Assembly (NCBI GenBank): GCA_964199315.1
Contig: OZ116707.1
Span: forward strand, 1,674,001-1,738,000
Direction: 5' to 3'
Origin: Orbicella franksi
Lineage: Eukaryota
Length of the DNA: 64,000 bases
How positions within the stretch are numbered: position 1 is the stretch's first letter; every line of letters begins with the position of its first letter. Positions 12,971-27,507 of the stretch are shown in pieces. Both the position numbers and the translations under genes were made by a program. The notes under the pieces were generated by a model. The model did not search any database. It was not told the origin of the DNA and saw nothing but the letters and a program-made list of their open reading frames with translations.

Positions 12971-15447
12971 ATTCCTGGAACAACACACTGCACAATTCCA
13001 CATAGTACCCATTGTCACTGTAACCCCAGGGAAGGCCATTGAAAAGTCATGAAGGAATGGCTCTCCAAACTACTATGTTAAACTGGAAAGATTTACAAAA
13101 TGCATAAGCTCAGCTTTGCCAAACACTAAAGAATAGAAATATATCATCTTTTATTAAAAAATTCCCTGCAAGTATATAAACCATGACTAATCAGAACTGT
13201 AGCACAAAAGTGCACAAATTTACTAATATCAACATTAACTTTATTTCAGAAAAACAGTACAGACACCAAAAACGTAACACTCCAAGGCACATGTCAAAAC
13301 CTTGTAAGTATAAAATCTATGACTATAACTTTTAACAATTTTTAATTGCAAAATGATAAATTCTAATCGATAGTAAAGTTTCTTGTGACTAGCAGTACTA
13401 TAAACTCAGAACTGTAAGAAAATTAACTTTACTTTGAATTTGTTTTAGATTACATCTCACACAAGGTGTTACGAGGTAATTAAACATTAAAACACTAACT
13501 ATTGATAGTTACCAATGAAATAATTCAACAACCATGAAGTAGCTTTAAGCTCAAGTCTAATATTTTCCATGAGTACATTTTGTGAAAAAAAAAAAAATCA
13601 AAGTAACAAAATTAGCACTACATCTAAACTGTCATATTTGACAAAAATAATTATTGGCTACATTTCAGGCATTTCAAACAGTCAGAACAGTAATAGACAT
13701 AGAATACATTACTGTGCACTTGCCATAAGTTGACAAATTAACTATTCTCAACTCCACCACACAAACACAGATGAAATATCAAAAGGACTAGATGTGAAAA
13801 TAACGTCTGCAAAATTAACTTACTTCATTAATGAAATATGTTAACTTCTATATATTTTCCAAAACTGCAAAGTTCTCAATATATACCATTTACCATCTGC
13901 TAAGTAGATGCAACAATTAATAGTAGCTTACTGACACTTACAGCTAAATGATGTCAACATTTATTTTTTAGATAACATCATAGCAGCCGATTATACATGG
14001 GCAAAAAATCATGTAGTCAATATCACAAACATATTTGATTCCATGGAACCCTTGTGGAAAATGGTAAATATTAAAAAAAACTTTTTAGTAAATACTTTCA
14101 ATGTAATCATTTTCTTTTTTCTATACCATGCCATACCCAAATAATCATCACTTTTAATTAACAGTTTGATACTGTTATACAACAGACTTCAACCGATGAT
14201 CCTGTACAGAATAAAATTATATCTGGAGAATGCAAAAAGGTAAGAACATTAATTTGTTTAATTCAATCCATTTACTTCAAGTATTAGATACATATCAACT
14301 CAAAATGAAAAACACTGCACATTATATATTTTATATTTTTCAATATCAAACAATATTGATACATTAATTTAGCATATATCAGCTCTCTAGTAAACATGCA
14401 CTATATTTTATCTATTATCTATAGGCCATTAAGAAACTCTATCAAAAGATCAAAAACCACCATCTGTACTGGGATAAGGTAAATGTACTAGTATATTAGA
14501 TTAAATTATCTTTTTTCATAACTATGATGCTTTTAAAGACAATGTGTACTTTCGTTAGTACGCACATGTTCTGCACATCAGGCAAGGTATGGTTTAAGCA
14601 CCACACATACGCTACGGTGAACAGTGAAGCAATCAACTATGCTACCTAGTACACGACTAAATTGAAAGCAAAATTTTCATACTTTGAGCAAATCAAGTTT
14701 AATGAACTTGTACTTAAACCAGGAATTCCAAAATAGTAGCATATCACTAGGCTGACTTGCTGTTATCTGTTGAAAATTATCCTAAAATTCAACTGTAAAC
14801 ATATACCTGCAGATGGCATAGTGTGCAACCAAAACAAGTGCGAAATATGCAATTGTTTTACCTAGTGGGGAGGTGACACAAAAAAATGTAATGGGCACCG
14901 TAAAGTTTTAAAAAAAGATCAGTAACAATCTCTGCTGATGATAACAAAGAAGATGGCAAACAAGAAATGCTAATAAATATAATAATTTGATTTTTGAATT
15001 CAACAGACTTTCCAAAAAAATGGCATCTTTAAGATCTCATCTGCAACTAAAATTTATACCATTTTGTTCATTCAGTATAAAACACTTTTCTACTATTTGA
15101 GTTTGAACAAACCATAATGTAACTTCTTTTCACTTCTTAGGCAGCTGCTACGTATACAAGTGAAAGCGACACCATCTAACAGTCAAAAAAAGTGATGGCT
15201 GAAAAAAATAGCACTTTACCTCTAATACTTTCATTTTTAACTAACTTCCTAAACTACAGTTGAAATTAAATGTACAGTTTTTTTTTGTGATTAATGCAAT
15301 AACTTACATTACATTACATACAAAAATTACCTAGTACTTACAATGTTAACATAACTTACAATTTAACTATACTAACAAAACTTGCAATACTAACATTATT
15401 TACAATAATTATTTACAATAATTATTTACAATAATTTCACTATTTCT

Positions 15448-15489
15448 TTATTGCGGCAATTCGTCGCAGCACATTGGACAAGTGGCATG
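15448..15489 (-). CDS. RING-H2 E3 ubiquitin ligase, terminal coding exon (HATCPMCCDELPQ*)
   Basis: Acceptor CTTTCTTTTCTTTGTAG. Phase 0 joins the WLKM exon to complete the RING-H2 C-x2-C. The stop overlaps an AATAAA. Confidence 0.85.
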   Translation of the reverse strand, partial: HATCPMCCDELPQ

Positions 15490-16137
15490 CTACAAAGAAA
15501 AGAAAGTATCTTTAATCTTAAATACAACTCTCCCCCTTATAGATATTGAATTTGCAGCAATCAGAAATTTTACCCTGTCTAGTACTTCAACTTTTTTTCC
15601 ACTACATTGCACAAAAAAAGGCCTCTATCAGGAATTTTAAGAAAACATGCTCCCGCTAGATCAGCGAGACAACATATACTGTATTGACAACAAAAGTCCA
15701 AAGAGTTTAATCAACTTTTAGTTGCCACAAAGTTCAGCCTCCCCCCTTCAGTGTGCCTTATCAAAACTACTTTCTTCGCATGAATCCTCGCTCAGTGCCA
15801 AGGAAACTCAAACTACGTTCTAATAGTCTGTTGATTATCTGCCAAAGGGTTGTATTTCGCCTCATTTGTTTACACGAGAATGCACAAAATAGACTGTATT
15901 TTCCTATCAAGAAAAAAGTTTAAGGCTACAAATAAAACTAACTTAATGGCTCACGGTCAGTCAGTCAGTCAGGAAATGTTACAATTAAAAACTTTACTGT
16001 AACAACTCTTCGGATTAATAATTATCTTTATAATTTAATTCTTTGCTATTGAAGACATACCGTGTTGAAATAAATTGCCTGTCTGTTTGTCAATCTGCCT
16101 GTCTGTCTGTTAATTACGCAAATATTATTGCATTTAC

Positions 16138-16253
16138 CATTTTCAACCATGTGCTGATGCACTCGTTGTGAAATGGATGACCACAAGGTAGTTCATTGAC
16201 CTCTTCTCCTTCCCCAAATTCAACGAGACAAATGGTACAGGATACCATAAGAG
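16138..16253 (-). CDS. RING-H2 E3 ubiquitin ligase, RING exon
   Basis: CAG acceptor and ATG|GTAAAT donor. Encodes [38 protein letters not shown] = C-x2-C...C-x-H-x2-H-x2-C-x2-W. Confidence 0.9.
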
Positions 16254-16450
16254 CTGTAGGTAATTTAACCAAAAAATATCAGTGAAATACTCAAATAAAA
16301 ACATCCTTCTACAACTTTACTTTTAAAGTACGCAAATTTACCATCAAACGACACAGAAAAAAATTGCTAATTTCACTAACCCATACAAGTGACTACAGAA
16401 ATATTGTAAACGCAAACATACAGATCAATCAAGATTGTTAGTACACTTAC

Positions 16451-17498
16451 TTAATAAACACAAAATGACAGGACTGTGTCCAGAACTCTTAAATTTTGAA
16501 GCAAATTATTAATTGAAAGAGGTGAAAAGAGAGAAAAGAATTGCTTCATCATCTCAGTAGACACAGCCAAGACTCGCCCACTTTTTCGCAAGTAATCTTA
16601 ATTACCCTCAACGAGGCAATTACCTTGGGTAAGGCAGGCCGCAAACCGTCATTGGCGTCCTGGGGATAAACGGTAAAAAAATTAAAATACAAGTACATCA
16701 GTACAAAAATTAGTCTTTAAGATATTTCTTGTTTACTCGGCTCATGTTCCGCCAAACCCATCGAACTCATTGCAATTGGTGGGGCACGGGAATTGAGTCG
16801 ATAAAAACAAGATAAAGAGCTAAGGAAAGGATTGGATGAGTTGTTCTGTTAAAGAGTTCGTTAAGGCAGACTGAAACATATCTCACCGTTCCACCCCCCC
16901 ACCCCAACTCTTACCCCTCCTCCCTGCCAAGTCTACTCCCTATCCTGCCCTGAGATTGTCACAATTTTTAAGTTATTTATAATTTTCATAACGGAAATGG
17001 AGACCATGCGCTGTATATTGCCCATTACATTTCTTTCTCTAGCATCTTAAAACCCACAATTTACACCCAAACAAATTGGTCAATCTCCATAAACTTTTAC
17101 ACTCCTCACAAGGTTATCAACTGTCCCAAACACAACGACTACAATTTCATACAGCGCCTTTTTAATCGCTAACACATCCCCATAGGCAGACCTAGGTGCA
17201 ATCACGGACAAAGTGTAGATAAAATGTAAAGATTCAAAAATAACTACTACCAACACTCCCCCTCCTTTGCTTCCAAAATAAGTAAAGCCCGAAGTTGGAG
17301 GAAAATTTCACTATTTGTTTAATTAAGACAATATATTGCCTAAAGATCTTAAAGAAACCGCTCTTTCCAAGCTCCTTTTTCTAACAGCTCACAACATCTC
17401 CTCGTAGCACATAATGGGAACAACTGCCTCTTGTAGGGAAATATGGTGCAACTCAATTTTTACTAACTTCTTGCATATCCGTTGCCTCCCATTCCATC
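16451..17498 (-). CDS. Candidate upstream exons of the RING-H2 gene (17393-17498, 16624-16659, 16451-16473)
   Basis: Each has a CAG acceptor and a GTGAGC/GTAATT/GTAAGT donor. Phases 2-2-1 chain into the RING exon (..[34 protein letters not shown]..). An alternative 16606-16659 + 16451-16487 path is also open. Confidence 0.45.
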
Positions 17499-18021
17499 CT
17501 GAAAAGAAATCTTTGTTTTAGTTCTTCAGTGCAGTTACTAAGTTATTTAGCTACTCATCCCCTAATTGTAGATAACTAGCATGTACTGTTCTTGCCCTTT
17601 GCTGGTTGTAATATAGTGCTACACTTAGTACTTCTACAAAACATTAATCCCTTGCTTTTACTAGAGTGTTATTCATTTCATTCAAACAGTATTAAGAAAA
17701 CGTTTCTCAATAAATTGGAATACAAGCACTTTTTATTTTCTGTTCTATGTTTCTGTTCTATTTCACCCTGTATAGAATCACATCTTTTTGGCCTTTTCTC
17801 AAGGTTAGTTTGCCAGGGCACGTTCATCATTGTTAACAAGAATTACCACTTACTCCTCCACCTGGTCATCATTCAAAGTCAAACTCTCCATTCTGAAAAA
17901 GAATGTTTGCTTTAGTTCCCCATTCCACTTAGTTATTAATTATAATTTAGTTACTCATCGCCTAGTATCCCTTTCCCTTTATTCTGCTAACTGGAGTCCT
18001 TTTTGTGAACGCCTACTCAAA

Positions 18022-18385
18022 GGGTGTCTTGAAAACCCAAATAGCAAAGCAAATAGTAGCGAATAGCGAATAGTTCCGAATAGTACCAATACTCTCAAAT
18101 AGTGCCAATAGTGGCGAACAGTCGCCAAAAGTACCAAATACTGACTATAAGCATCTGTGCTTTTTAGCGGAAAAAAAACCCATCCTAAGTCGCTACAAGG
18201 TTAGCAGCGAGATACTGGGTACCCTATTTGTTACTATATGCCAATATTTGCCACTGTTTGCCACAATACACTACTATTAGAGACTGCTTGCAATTATTCG
18301 CACTATTCGCTATTCGAGACTATTCGCTGTTCGGTTTGCTGTTCGGTATTTCAAACTATTCGCTATTCGCCTTTTCCAGACACCC
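18022..18385. mobile_element. MITE with GCGAATA/TATTCGC subterminal repeats
   Basis: GGGTGTCTTGAAAACCCAAATAGC ... GCTATTCGCCTTTTCCAGACACCC termini. Many inward-facing GAATAG/CTATTC motifs. Confidence 0.75.
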
Positions 18386-20192
18386 GCTACTAGGACTTTA
18401 CTGTAACAGCACTCTATCGCGTTTAGTATTTCTGTGCAACACTTTTAGCATAGTTAGCAATATCCCACAAACCAAACATTTTTATCTGAAGATCATTTTT
18501 CTTTCTCTGCTGAAAAAACCAAAACTTCTCATAAACGAAATTCTTTCTTTGTACGATCAGCGCAGACAGCGCAAAGATTGGAAGTATTGAGGGGTTGTTC
18601 GGATAGCTATGTACGAAAACTAAACTCAATTGACAATTGTTTAAACATTAGCTTTTAAGTTAACAAAACATTGACAAATAGAGTTACCAGTCACCAACTT
18701 ACTTCTAAGTTATCAATTACCATTAACGAGATTACCGGAAAAAAGTTAGTGGCAGCTATAGTCCGCATGTCCTTGAACCTAGACCGGCTCAAACAAGTGC
18801 ATAATCTTCTACTTAAAATTGTGAATTGTAAATACAGTTCCATACAGTTTTATTACCACAGCTTATTTCCACTTTTTCCTAATATCCTTCTCCTATACCA
18901 TATCAGTGAAGCTTGCAAAAAATGAATTGATGCCTCAACCATAACCTTAACGGGAAGCGCTCGTTCAGCTTACAAGGAAAAATTTTTATCGACCTCCGCA
19001 AAGCACAGAAGTGTATATCAAAGGGAAGTGGCAATTCGTTAAAGTAACAAGACATGCAGATCAATGAATGAATCCGTGAACACTGTTGGAGACTTTTTGT
19101 TTAATGATAAATGAAATAATAGGCAAACTTCTCATTATTCCATAATATCACTCACAACACTGCGTGAATTCACTGTTTCTTCGCATTCTGACCACTCACT
19201 AAATAGAGCCCGTATTTTCGATAAGAAAAAATAAGGAGGGCCAGAACGCTGTCCAGTACGGACTCCAGATTAAGGGGTCCGCATTTTTTACCAACCCCAT
19301 CCGCCAGAGTCTGAAAAAAACAATACTAGTTGGGCGGAGCATCCATCCAACCTTATAGGAAGTTTAATGGTTTAGTTCCATGGACTACTTCCACATTTTA
19401 AATAACAGCATTAACAATACAGCTCTAATATACCTAAACTCTTACTGTCCATATACCTGAAAGTTCTTCTATTTTTCTAGGGGTCACGAGGGTCACGTGA
19501 CCTGAATTTTTCCTGCCAATTCTTACACTTATAAAAGAAAACGATAAATGACATACAAAAACAGAACAAAGATTGAGAAATTTACACTTTTAAGTTTTGT
19601 TTTTGCATTCCACCCCTTACCCCATACTTTCTTGAAAATAGCATGTTCCTAAAGATCCATAATTTGGTAATGTAGCACATTCATAATGTCATATCACAAT
19701 TTGCGTCTTCGATTCAAAGTTAAGTGCATTATTACAAACATGCAATACTGATCATCCCTGAAAAAACCTACAACTTCTATTACAAAATGCTCATTAATAC
19801 CGCTTATAACTACAACACGTTTTCTGTGAAGAAATCCCTGTTCAGTGCAGCCTTTATTTATCATCTCAACAAATCGAGCGCTCCTTTGCGTAACACTTTG
19901 TCATTGCACTGTTTAGATCATCGGCATTGTTACCCTTTTTGTAAGTCCGCTCTACTTATTTGATTTCATTGAAATCTAACTGAAATCGGCTAAAAGCGGT
20001 TTACCGGTGAGCATCGCACAGTGTGATTATCAATCGACTTTCATCGCGATCTGAAATAATTGCTGAGGCTTTCCACACTACTTGTACTAGCTCATAACAA
20101 TCAATTCAGCTATTTTCCATCATGCAATATATGTCCTGTTCGCCCTAATGAAAACTGCACAATATTTTATAAACTGCACACTAACAACTCAC

Positions 20193-23079
20193 CTTTCGAT
20201 AACAACATCCATCGTTAACACCCTACACACAGCAAAGCTATTTTACAATTACATCTTTCCAAGCTGTTATTGACAGGGATCAATTTCATATCAGATTTTT
20301 CGGTTTACGCCTCATTAGAACTTGTCTTCAAAGTCAACTGCCTGAAGATATGTCTAACAGGAGAAATGTTGTTCATTCTTTTAAAATTAAATTGACAGTT
20401 AATGGAACATCTTAAAAATAAGTTGAAAACAGGACCACTAATTCAATTCGAGAAAGTGTTAATAAGCTTTCTGATTTGGACAACAATCCCTTGAAGTTTA
20501 GATCTACTATTCGTTGTGCAAATTATCCCAAAAATAAAATCACCTAAAGTCCCTATTTAACACCAGCCGATTAAAAGGATTAAGCTATAATTATCTGCAC
20601 ATAATGACCAAATGATACTGTGGCGAGCGGGTGTTCTGACTAGTGCTGATGGTTAGATTAATATGTAAAGAAACACAGAAGTACATAGTTTCAAGGCCCA
20701 CCCCTGGAGTTTCCCCGCTTTTCAAGTAGTGTATCTTAACCTACACGGAAGGGTGACAAACTTAAACAAAGCAGCATTAGAAATCCATATCTCAACTGTT
20801 TGGACAAAGTTTCATTACAATTTGTTTTGAAGCCCGGTGAAATCTTTTAAGCAATAATTCACCAAATCAGTGAATTCTATCACCCTAGATCTTTGCGCGA
20901 TACACAAGTAATCTCGAAAGCGCGCTAGAACTCCTCTTTACGCATTTGCTATTTCAAGTGTCTTCCAGATTGAATCCATTTTCAGTAGCAGCTTCTATGA
21001 CATAATAAAACACTTCGAAATCCTCTGCAACTTAACGTGAGTTGCAGACCTTATCACTTCTTTGCGCTCCTGCCTGCAATTATCTTTAAATTTCAGTCGG
21101 AATTTGTTCACCCCACACCGACGGCGCACTTGCCTTATCACCATCGTGCTAATTAGAATACTCTCTAAGGGGTGTCTCAACTGCAATCTTCATCTCCAAA
21201 GCAGCTGTCTGCATTCCATTGTAATCCATTAACCTGTATTGCTATGGTCACAATTGTTCAGTTGATGTTATTACGCAGCCGGTCCTACTCAGTGTTGTCT
21301 TTTCACTGTAGGGGGTGTGGTTCACTGTCTTTATTGTCTACACTTCACTGTCTTCACTCGTAACATTTCAGTCAGAATTTGTTCACTCCACACCGACGGC
21401 GCACTTGTCTTATCACCCTCGTGCTAATTAGAATACTCTTTAAGGGGTGTCTCAACTGCAATCTTCATCTCCAAACCAGCTGTTTGCATTCCGTTGTAAT
21501 CCATTAACCTGTATTGCTATGGTCACAATTGTTCAGTTGATGTTATTACGCAGCCAGTCCTACTCGGTGTTGTCTTTTCACTGTAGGGGGTGTGGTTCAC
21601 TGTCTTTATTGTCTACACTTCACCGTCTTCACTCGTAACATTTCAGTCGGAATTTGTTCACTCCACACCGACAGCGCACTTGTCTTATCAACATCGTGCT
21701 AATTAGAATACTCTTTAAGGGGTGTCTCAACTGCAATCTTCATCTCCAAACCAGCTGTTTGCATTCCGTTGTAATCCATTAATCTGTATTGCTATGGTCA
21801 CAATTGTTCAGTTGATGTTATTACGCAGCCAGTCCTACTCGGTGTTGTCTTTTCACTGTAGGGGGTGTGGTTCACTGTCTTTATTGTCTACACTTCACTG
21901 TCTTCACTCATAACACTGGGTTTGAAGGTTGCCTAAAGGCAAAACTACACGTTTATAAGCTTACAATGTCATCTATGATACATGGAAAATTCATTCTACA
22001 AGTGCTCGATTGGCTGGTCTAAACGTTATGGGGCGTTCTATTTATATTTGCGGATAAATCGAACGGCATGGCATCTTTCGGTCCGCCTCAATTCAGAATT
22101 GTCTCAATTCCTTTCACCGCAGATTCCTCGAGCTTGTACACATATTGTCCTCAAACGCTGCCGTTTAAAAGTGGCAAACTGAACAAAGATTGACTGACAA
22201 AGGTAAGCTCCATGAAATACCGATTTCTGTATTATTAGAAGATTGAGAATACATATATTGTATCTTAAGCTGTCGTTCCTCACGCGTTTGTTTACTCTAA
22301 ACAAAATCACCTATCCTCGCTTGCCTTCTTTAGAAAACCATTTATATGCTACCTGACTTTTAAAATATTGCTTCTGCGAGAGTGTGAATTCCGAAAAGAT
22401 AATTATTGCGCACGAACAATTATGCATTGTCTTATTGCTTTCTGCTCTGCGAGCAAACCGAGAGTATCCAGTTCTAGTAGAATAATACTTCCGCGCGGAT
22501 TTTGCGCGAACTACAAATTTTTTGCGTGCTCATTTTGTTGTTATTTGTTGCAATTGCGTTTAAGACTTTTTGAGTCAATTGCAAATCTAATTGACTGTTA
22601 AATACTGTGTACAATGACCGTATTTCTGAAACCTTGCTTAAACCCAAATTTCCCTCGACAAATTTTATGTCGTTTTGTTGTAATTCTAACGCTTATCTTA
22701 GACCAAACAAAGAGTTTTTTGCTTCCAATAGTGTTTTTTTAGACAACTAAGCTTTCAAGGTGTGAAGGACATTTTTGGATACTTCATTGACCCCATAGAT
22801 GTTCTCAAAGCTAATGCATGTTTCTGAATATTTCGTTGCTATTTTATTGCAAACGGTTTAGGTCTAAAATTTTGTCACTGCTTCATTTTTTCTTTTCCTG
22901 TTACTGATATTTTTCTTTGGTGTATGAACGCGTGTTTTGAAATCCAAAATTGTCGAGAACTGAAACAGAAGAATGTAATAATACCCTTGAAGCTTTCTGA
23001 TTGAAACATTTCTACATGGAAAGGGAATTTACAATCTCACTTGTAGGTCATGCTTTCAGCACAACATGTAATCTGTCCC
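20193..23079 (-). CDS. Candidate further upstream micro-exons (23041-23079, 20193-20222)
   Basis: TAG acceptors and GTGAG donors. Both are phase 2-2 and read GQITCCAESMTYKVLTMDVVIER. The join to exon 17393-17498 is broken by one extra A in an A5 run. Confidence 0.3.
21090..21915. repeat. Tandem array, 3 x 275 bp
   Basis: Units start at 21090, 21365 and 21640. The near-identical 63-aa ORFs at 21172/21447/21722 are spaced 275 nt apart. Confidence 0.97.
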
Positions 23080-23579
23080 CTAAATGTATTTCATAGTTGC
23101 TTAATGTTAGGCCAGCCTCTTTAATTCATCCTCCAATACCTTGGTCTTCGTTCCCCGTTAGAGTAAACACTACTACGAATAAAGTAAATACCTTCATTGG
23201 CATGTTTCTTGAAATTTTGCTCATCTTTCTTAAGCTGGTTGGTAATTTGTGTGCTCCCTTATATTGATGAGATCTGTGTAACACTTTCTCTGTGGATACA
23301 AAGAAGAATACCAATTTATTACATTTATCACGAAAAACATGGACAAAAATACAGAAAGTGAGATTCTCTGCACTTAAGTTGTCTGTCAACCAATTTTTCT
23401 ATTACCCAATGTCTACCTTTGTACCTGTACATTAATTTGCAACTTACTGTGTCTCTAATTTCCAATGCATTTTAATTTCAGGTGTTACATTTTCCGTTTG
23501 AAATGAACTCAACAAAATGCAAAATTTGTGAAAAGTAAAGATTTTCTTAGTTAATTACCCAGTTATATTTATTATTACC

Positions 23580-23750
23580 TTGACTATGTCAAGAGATGAA
23601 AGACTCTTTATAATTACTTTTCTAGGCAAGTATGTTAAAGTGGCCTGTGAACACCATCCCCTCACGTTGACTATGTAAAGGGGTGAAAGACTCTTTATAA
23701 TTACTGTTCTAGGCAAGTATGTTAAAGTGGCCTGTGAACAGCATCCCCTC
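23580..23750. repeat. Tandem duplication, 2 x 87 bp
   Basis: TTGACTATGT...GAAAGACTCTTTATAATTACT..CTAGGCAAGTATGTTAAAGTGGCCTGTGAACA..CATCCCCTC at 23580 and 23667. Confidence 0.9.
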
Positions 23751-26700
23751 CCTTCAGGTTTTTCGGTAACTCTACACAGCCTAATAAAAGGTCAAGGAAA
23801 AGGCATTTCAACCACCTAAGCACATTGCCTATTGTATTTTAGCAAGACTCTTTACCCTATTTTCGCTTTGCACCTCTCAACCCCTGTGTGTTAAGTGCTT
23901 CCTCACAAAGTTTATGCTGGCAATGACCCTTCCATCCTCTGATATCGTTCATGCTGCGATACTTATCCTTATAGTTCTATTGTATTAACTTTATGATAAT
24001 GACAACAAAATAAGCTGCTTCCTACATTGCCAGTTGCTTATTATGCATACTTCACCTTACCTGTTCATACTTATTTCTACTCTAGATTGGGATGAAACAG
24101 TGCTATATTAAGTTGCCTTGGTCAAGAATTTATTTTTACTTGGTAAAGTATAAGTTATTGCCATTATTGATCAATTCCATCCATCTAAAAATTTCTCTAT
24201 GAAGGCAGGGGTGCTTTGTTATAAAAATGCAATACTTAAAAATCAAACTGGTTTGTATAAAAAAAATCGACGCCACAGGTGAATTTTAAGCACCACAGAC
24301 TTGTTTGTATGTTCAATATAACGTGTCGCACTGAAAGGTGCATAGTGACCAGAAAAGACTCAATCCTTGACCTTAATGTCCATGTAATTTTAAAACATTG
24401 AATGCAGTTATTGTCTTTATCCAAGATTCAGTTATTGTCATCCTTACAATGACCTTTAATTTTGATACTAGGTTTAATGCATCACATGTAGCCAAAAGTT
24501 GTTATTGTCATTACCAGATTGTGCTTGATGAATAACGAAGATGAAAATTTGGTAAACAATGCTCAAATGTCTCTCCAAGACACCATGTTTTATAAAGCTA
24601 TAGCAGCATGATTTTCCCAACTTTAGTTACCTACCCTTACAGATATTAAGATATGTTCTGTAAAGCTGAGTACCTCATTCAATAACCAGAATTGACTTTA
24701 ATTGATTCTATCTTTGATGTGGATTATTCACTACCAGCTAAATATCCCCTTACCCTCCATGAAGTTCTGTCCCAACTTCATCCTCCTAATTTCAATTTGA
24801 TGTCCCTTCTCAAACCTCCAGCTTGAGCTGTAAATGAGTCTCTCGTACTTGACCAGAACTAATGTTGCTAATAGGGCCAAATCAGTGTAACCTTGTATTT
24901 TACAAAAATATTGTGGAATCAGGAGGGCAAAGACATACAATTGGTAAAATGCAATATTATGTTCTGCTAATTATTTTCCAATATTCTTAGTGTTCCTACC
25001 CACATAGATTGACAAAGCAATTTCATCAAAATAGATACATAAGTCCCAACATACTTTAGAGAGTGCTGAATACATGTAGTATTTGCAAGCCACAAACCAA
25101 AAACCAATGATATTGTAATCTTGACTTTTAGATCTAAGTGGCACATATTCTGAAATATTTGTTCGTGTGTTAGTCCTTGGCTTAATCCTCTTTAATATAA
25201 TGGGGGCAATGGGTGACTCCAGTTCTTAATATCTTCCTAACATCCAAATATATATTTTATGATAACATATTAAGTACTGGAAAATCTACTAGCATACTAT
25301 CACCATTGCTTTTCTCTAATTGACCATACAACCCAATATCTATTCTGTGATGGATATTGAGTAGCATAGCAGTGGGCCCTCGCGAACAAAATAAGGGAAT
25401 TTTCTTTGCATTCCCACACTGTCTGTAATGAGGATTTCGATAAAGTTTTGAAGGACTAGCAGATTTCTACTAAAACAATTAGATTGTTCACTCTCAATCT
25501 CTGTGCGGGATAGTTAACTTAAGCTGCAACCTGGTCAACTATCGCAAAGTTGAAATCCTGAACTCATAATCTAATAGTTTTCTAGCAAAAACATAGTACA
25601 ATAGAAAGCAGACTTTATTTCCACTGATACCAAGGACAAAAAAAAACTGCTTACATCGCCCCACTTCCGGCAAAGTGTAAAAGCTTAGTTGCTCAGTTCA
25701 ATATGGTGATTACAAAATAAATACCGTGTTCATATCCAATGTTCCTTTGCCTTAGAGGAAAAAGCAAAACTTCAATAATCTTAGAAATGCCTTACATAAA
25801 TGCTGGGTCTGTCTTTTCGACTTATGGCGGTCTTAGGGTATTCGTTTTAGAGAAACCCCTGAGTGAAAGATTTTAATACGTGAAATAAAATGTATGTGTT
25901 CATATAATCTACTGTTATAACAGGAACATGTAGTCCAAAAGCACTCCTTTTTAATGTTCTCTTCCCATCAAATGAGTGTAAATTTGTTATTTCCTTTTCC
26001 GTTAAATCGGGTAAGGAATTCACACGCTTGAAGCAACACAGCTATCCACAATTGTACGGTATCCCCCAACCCCCCCCCCCCCAACCCCCATTCCCCTTAC
26101 CGGCCATCTTTCCTTATTATTCGAATAGTAAATAAATTTCTCCGATCCTATAATGGTAATGTAACTTTAAATATGTCCACTGTACAGACTACATAAACGT
26201 ATGCAATACTCTATGCAATGGTGTATAGATACTCACGATGTGCTCAAAACTTCCGTAAATCTTACCTTGATTTGAAAGTACAACCAGCTTTGAATAGCAT
26301 TGTCATCCTCAATCTATGCATTTGGGAAAAAAATTGCCCTTCCAACACTTATTTCAATTCCTTAACACCTGGGGTGGCTGTTAGTTTCGTGCAAACTTTT
26401 CCAAGCACAACAAAAATGTCCTTTTTGTTTCAAAAACTTCAAACCATATCTTAACTAGAAAACTCCTTCCCATTCCATCAAACCTAACACGACGGTCAAA
26501 CGTATAACGTGCCTGCGGGGTTCTCCTGTTACCTGTCTCTTAGTAACTATTTGATTGAGCAACACATGGGCCAAAAAAAAAGCCAATTAACTTATCCAAG
26601 AGTTAAGCCATGGACACACGGTGTTTTTTTTTGGCAGTCTCAAAATTAATAGTCACAAACATGTCCCACTAAAAACCTTCACGAAATGATACTTAAAACC

Positions 26701-27507
26701 GGAAGAGACATTTTATTTCTGGCCATCTCAATATGATGTGTGAACTTATCATTCCCATATACAAAGCGTTAACCTTGAAGGAATCTCAACACACTTTCCT
26801 TCACTTAAATCAGCGTATCAAAACGATTCCAAATCATAGGTAAACACGTTCTAGTAATTCTCGTGACACAATAGGTTTCCGTAGTTGGCGATAGTCACAA
26901 TATTACCTGCTAAAACATGCTTAATCACAGCTTTATGGAATTAAAAAGTTAAAATTCATGTAACTCAGTACCTCTGTGCAGTTTTTTTTATAATATAGCC
27001 AAACCTTGCATCGTTTAGTGCTTTCTACAATTTCCCAAAAACATTTCACAATGCTGTTTTTTTTAGCAATAAGCGCTGAAATTAAGGGTGTTTTTTGCTG
27101 CTCGTGCGGCTGCTAGGGTAACTTATTGTATCTCGAAGATGTTCACAACATGTCGAGCAAAAATTAATTTTCTTTATTAATAGCCATTGAAATGAAGTTG
27201 TACTCATGACAACACTTTTGCTTTCCTTTTTACAGATGAATGGCTTTTGGACAAACTGATGCAACTATATGCACGACCCAAACATGACTTTGGAGAGTCA
27301 TTCATAGCATACCACATCGCAAAGACAAAGAAAAAAAAACAAATGAAACATACGTCTCAATGAAACCAGTTTATTAAAGGACAAAGAAGCAAAACCAACA
27401 AGATATATAGATTATGTATAAAGACACTAGTTAAACTTGCAACGAAAAATGATTTCATCCTTCTTCGTAAAACTAACAAAAGTTCTACTCTCGAGCTGGA
27501 GTATTAA

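Noticed and set aside
21172-21913. Three tandem 63-aa peptide genes
   Set aside because: They start at GTG, have no recognisable domain and simply mirror the 275-bp repeat unit.
11862-21915. CRISPR-like arrays (370-bp and 275-bp repeats)
   Set aside because: The units are long, head-to-tail and have no unique spacers. There are no cas genes and the context is eukaryotic.
25650-25700. First exon/promoter of the RING gene (CCGGAAGTG ETS-like motif next to a GTAAGC donor on the minus strand)
   Set aside because: Plausible, but it is a single short motif and cannot be linked in phase to downstream exons without transcript data.
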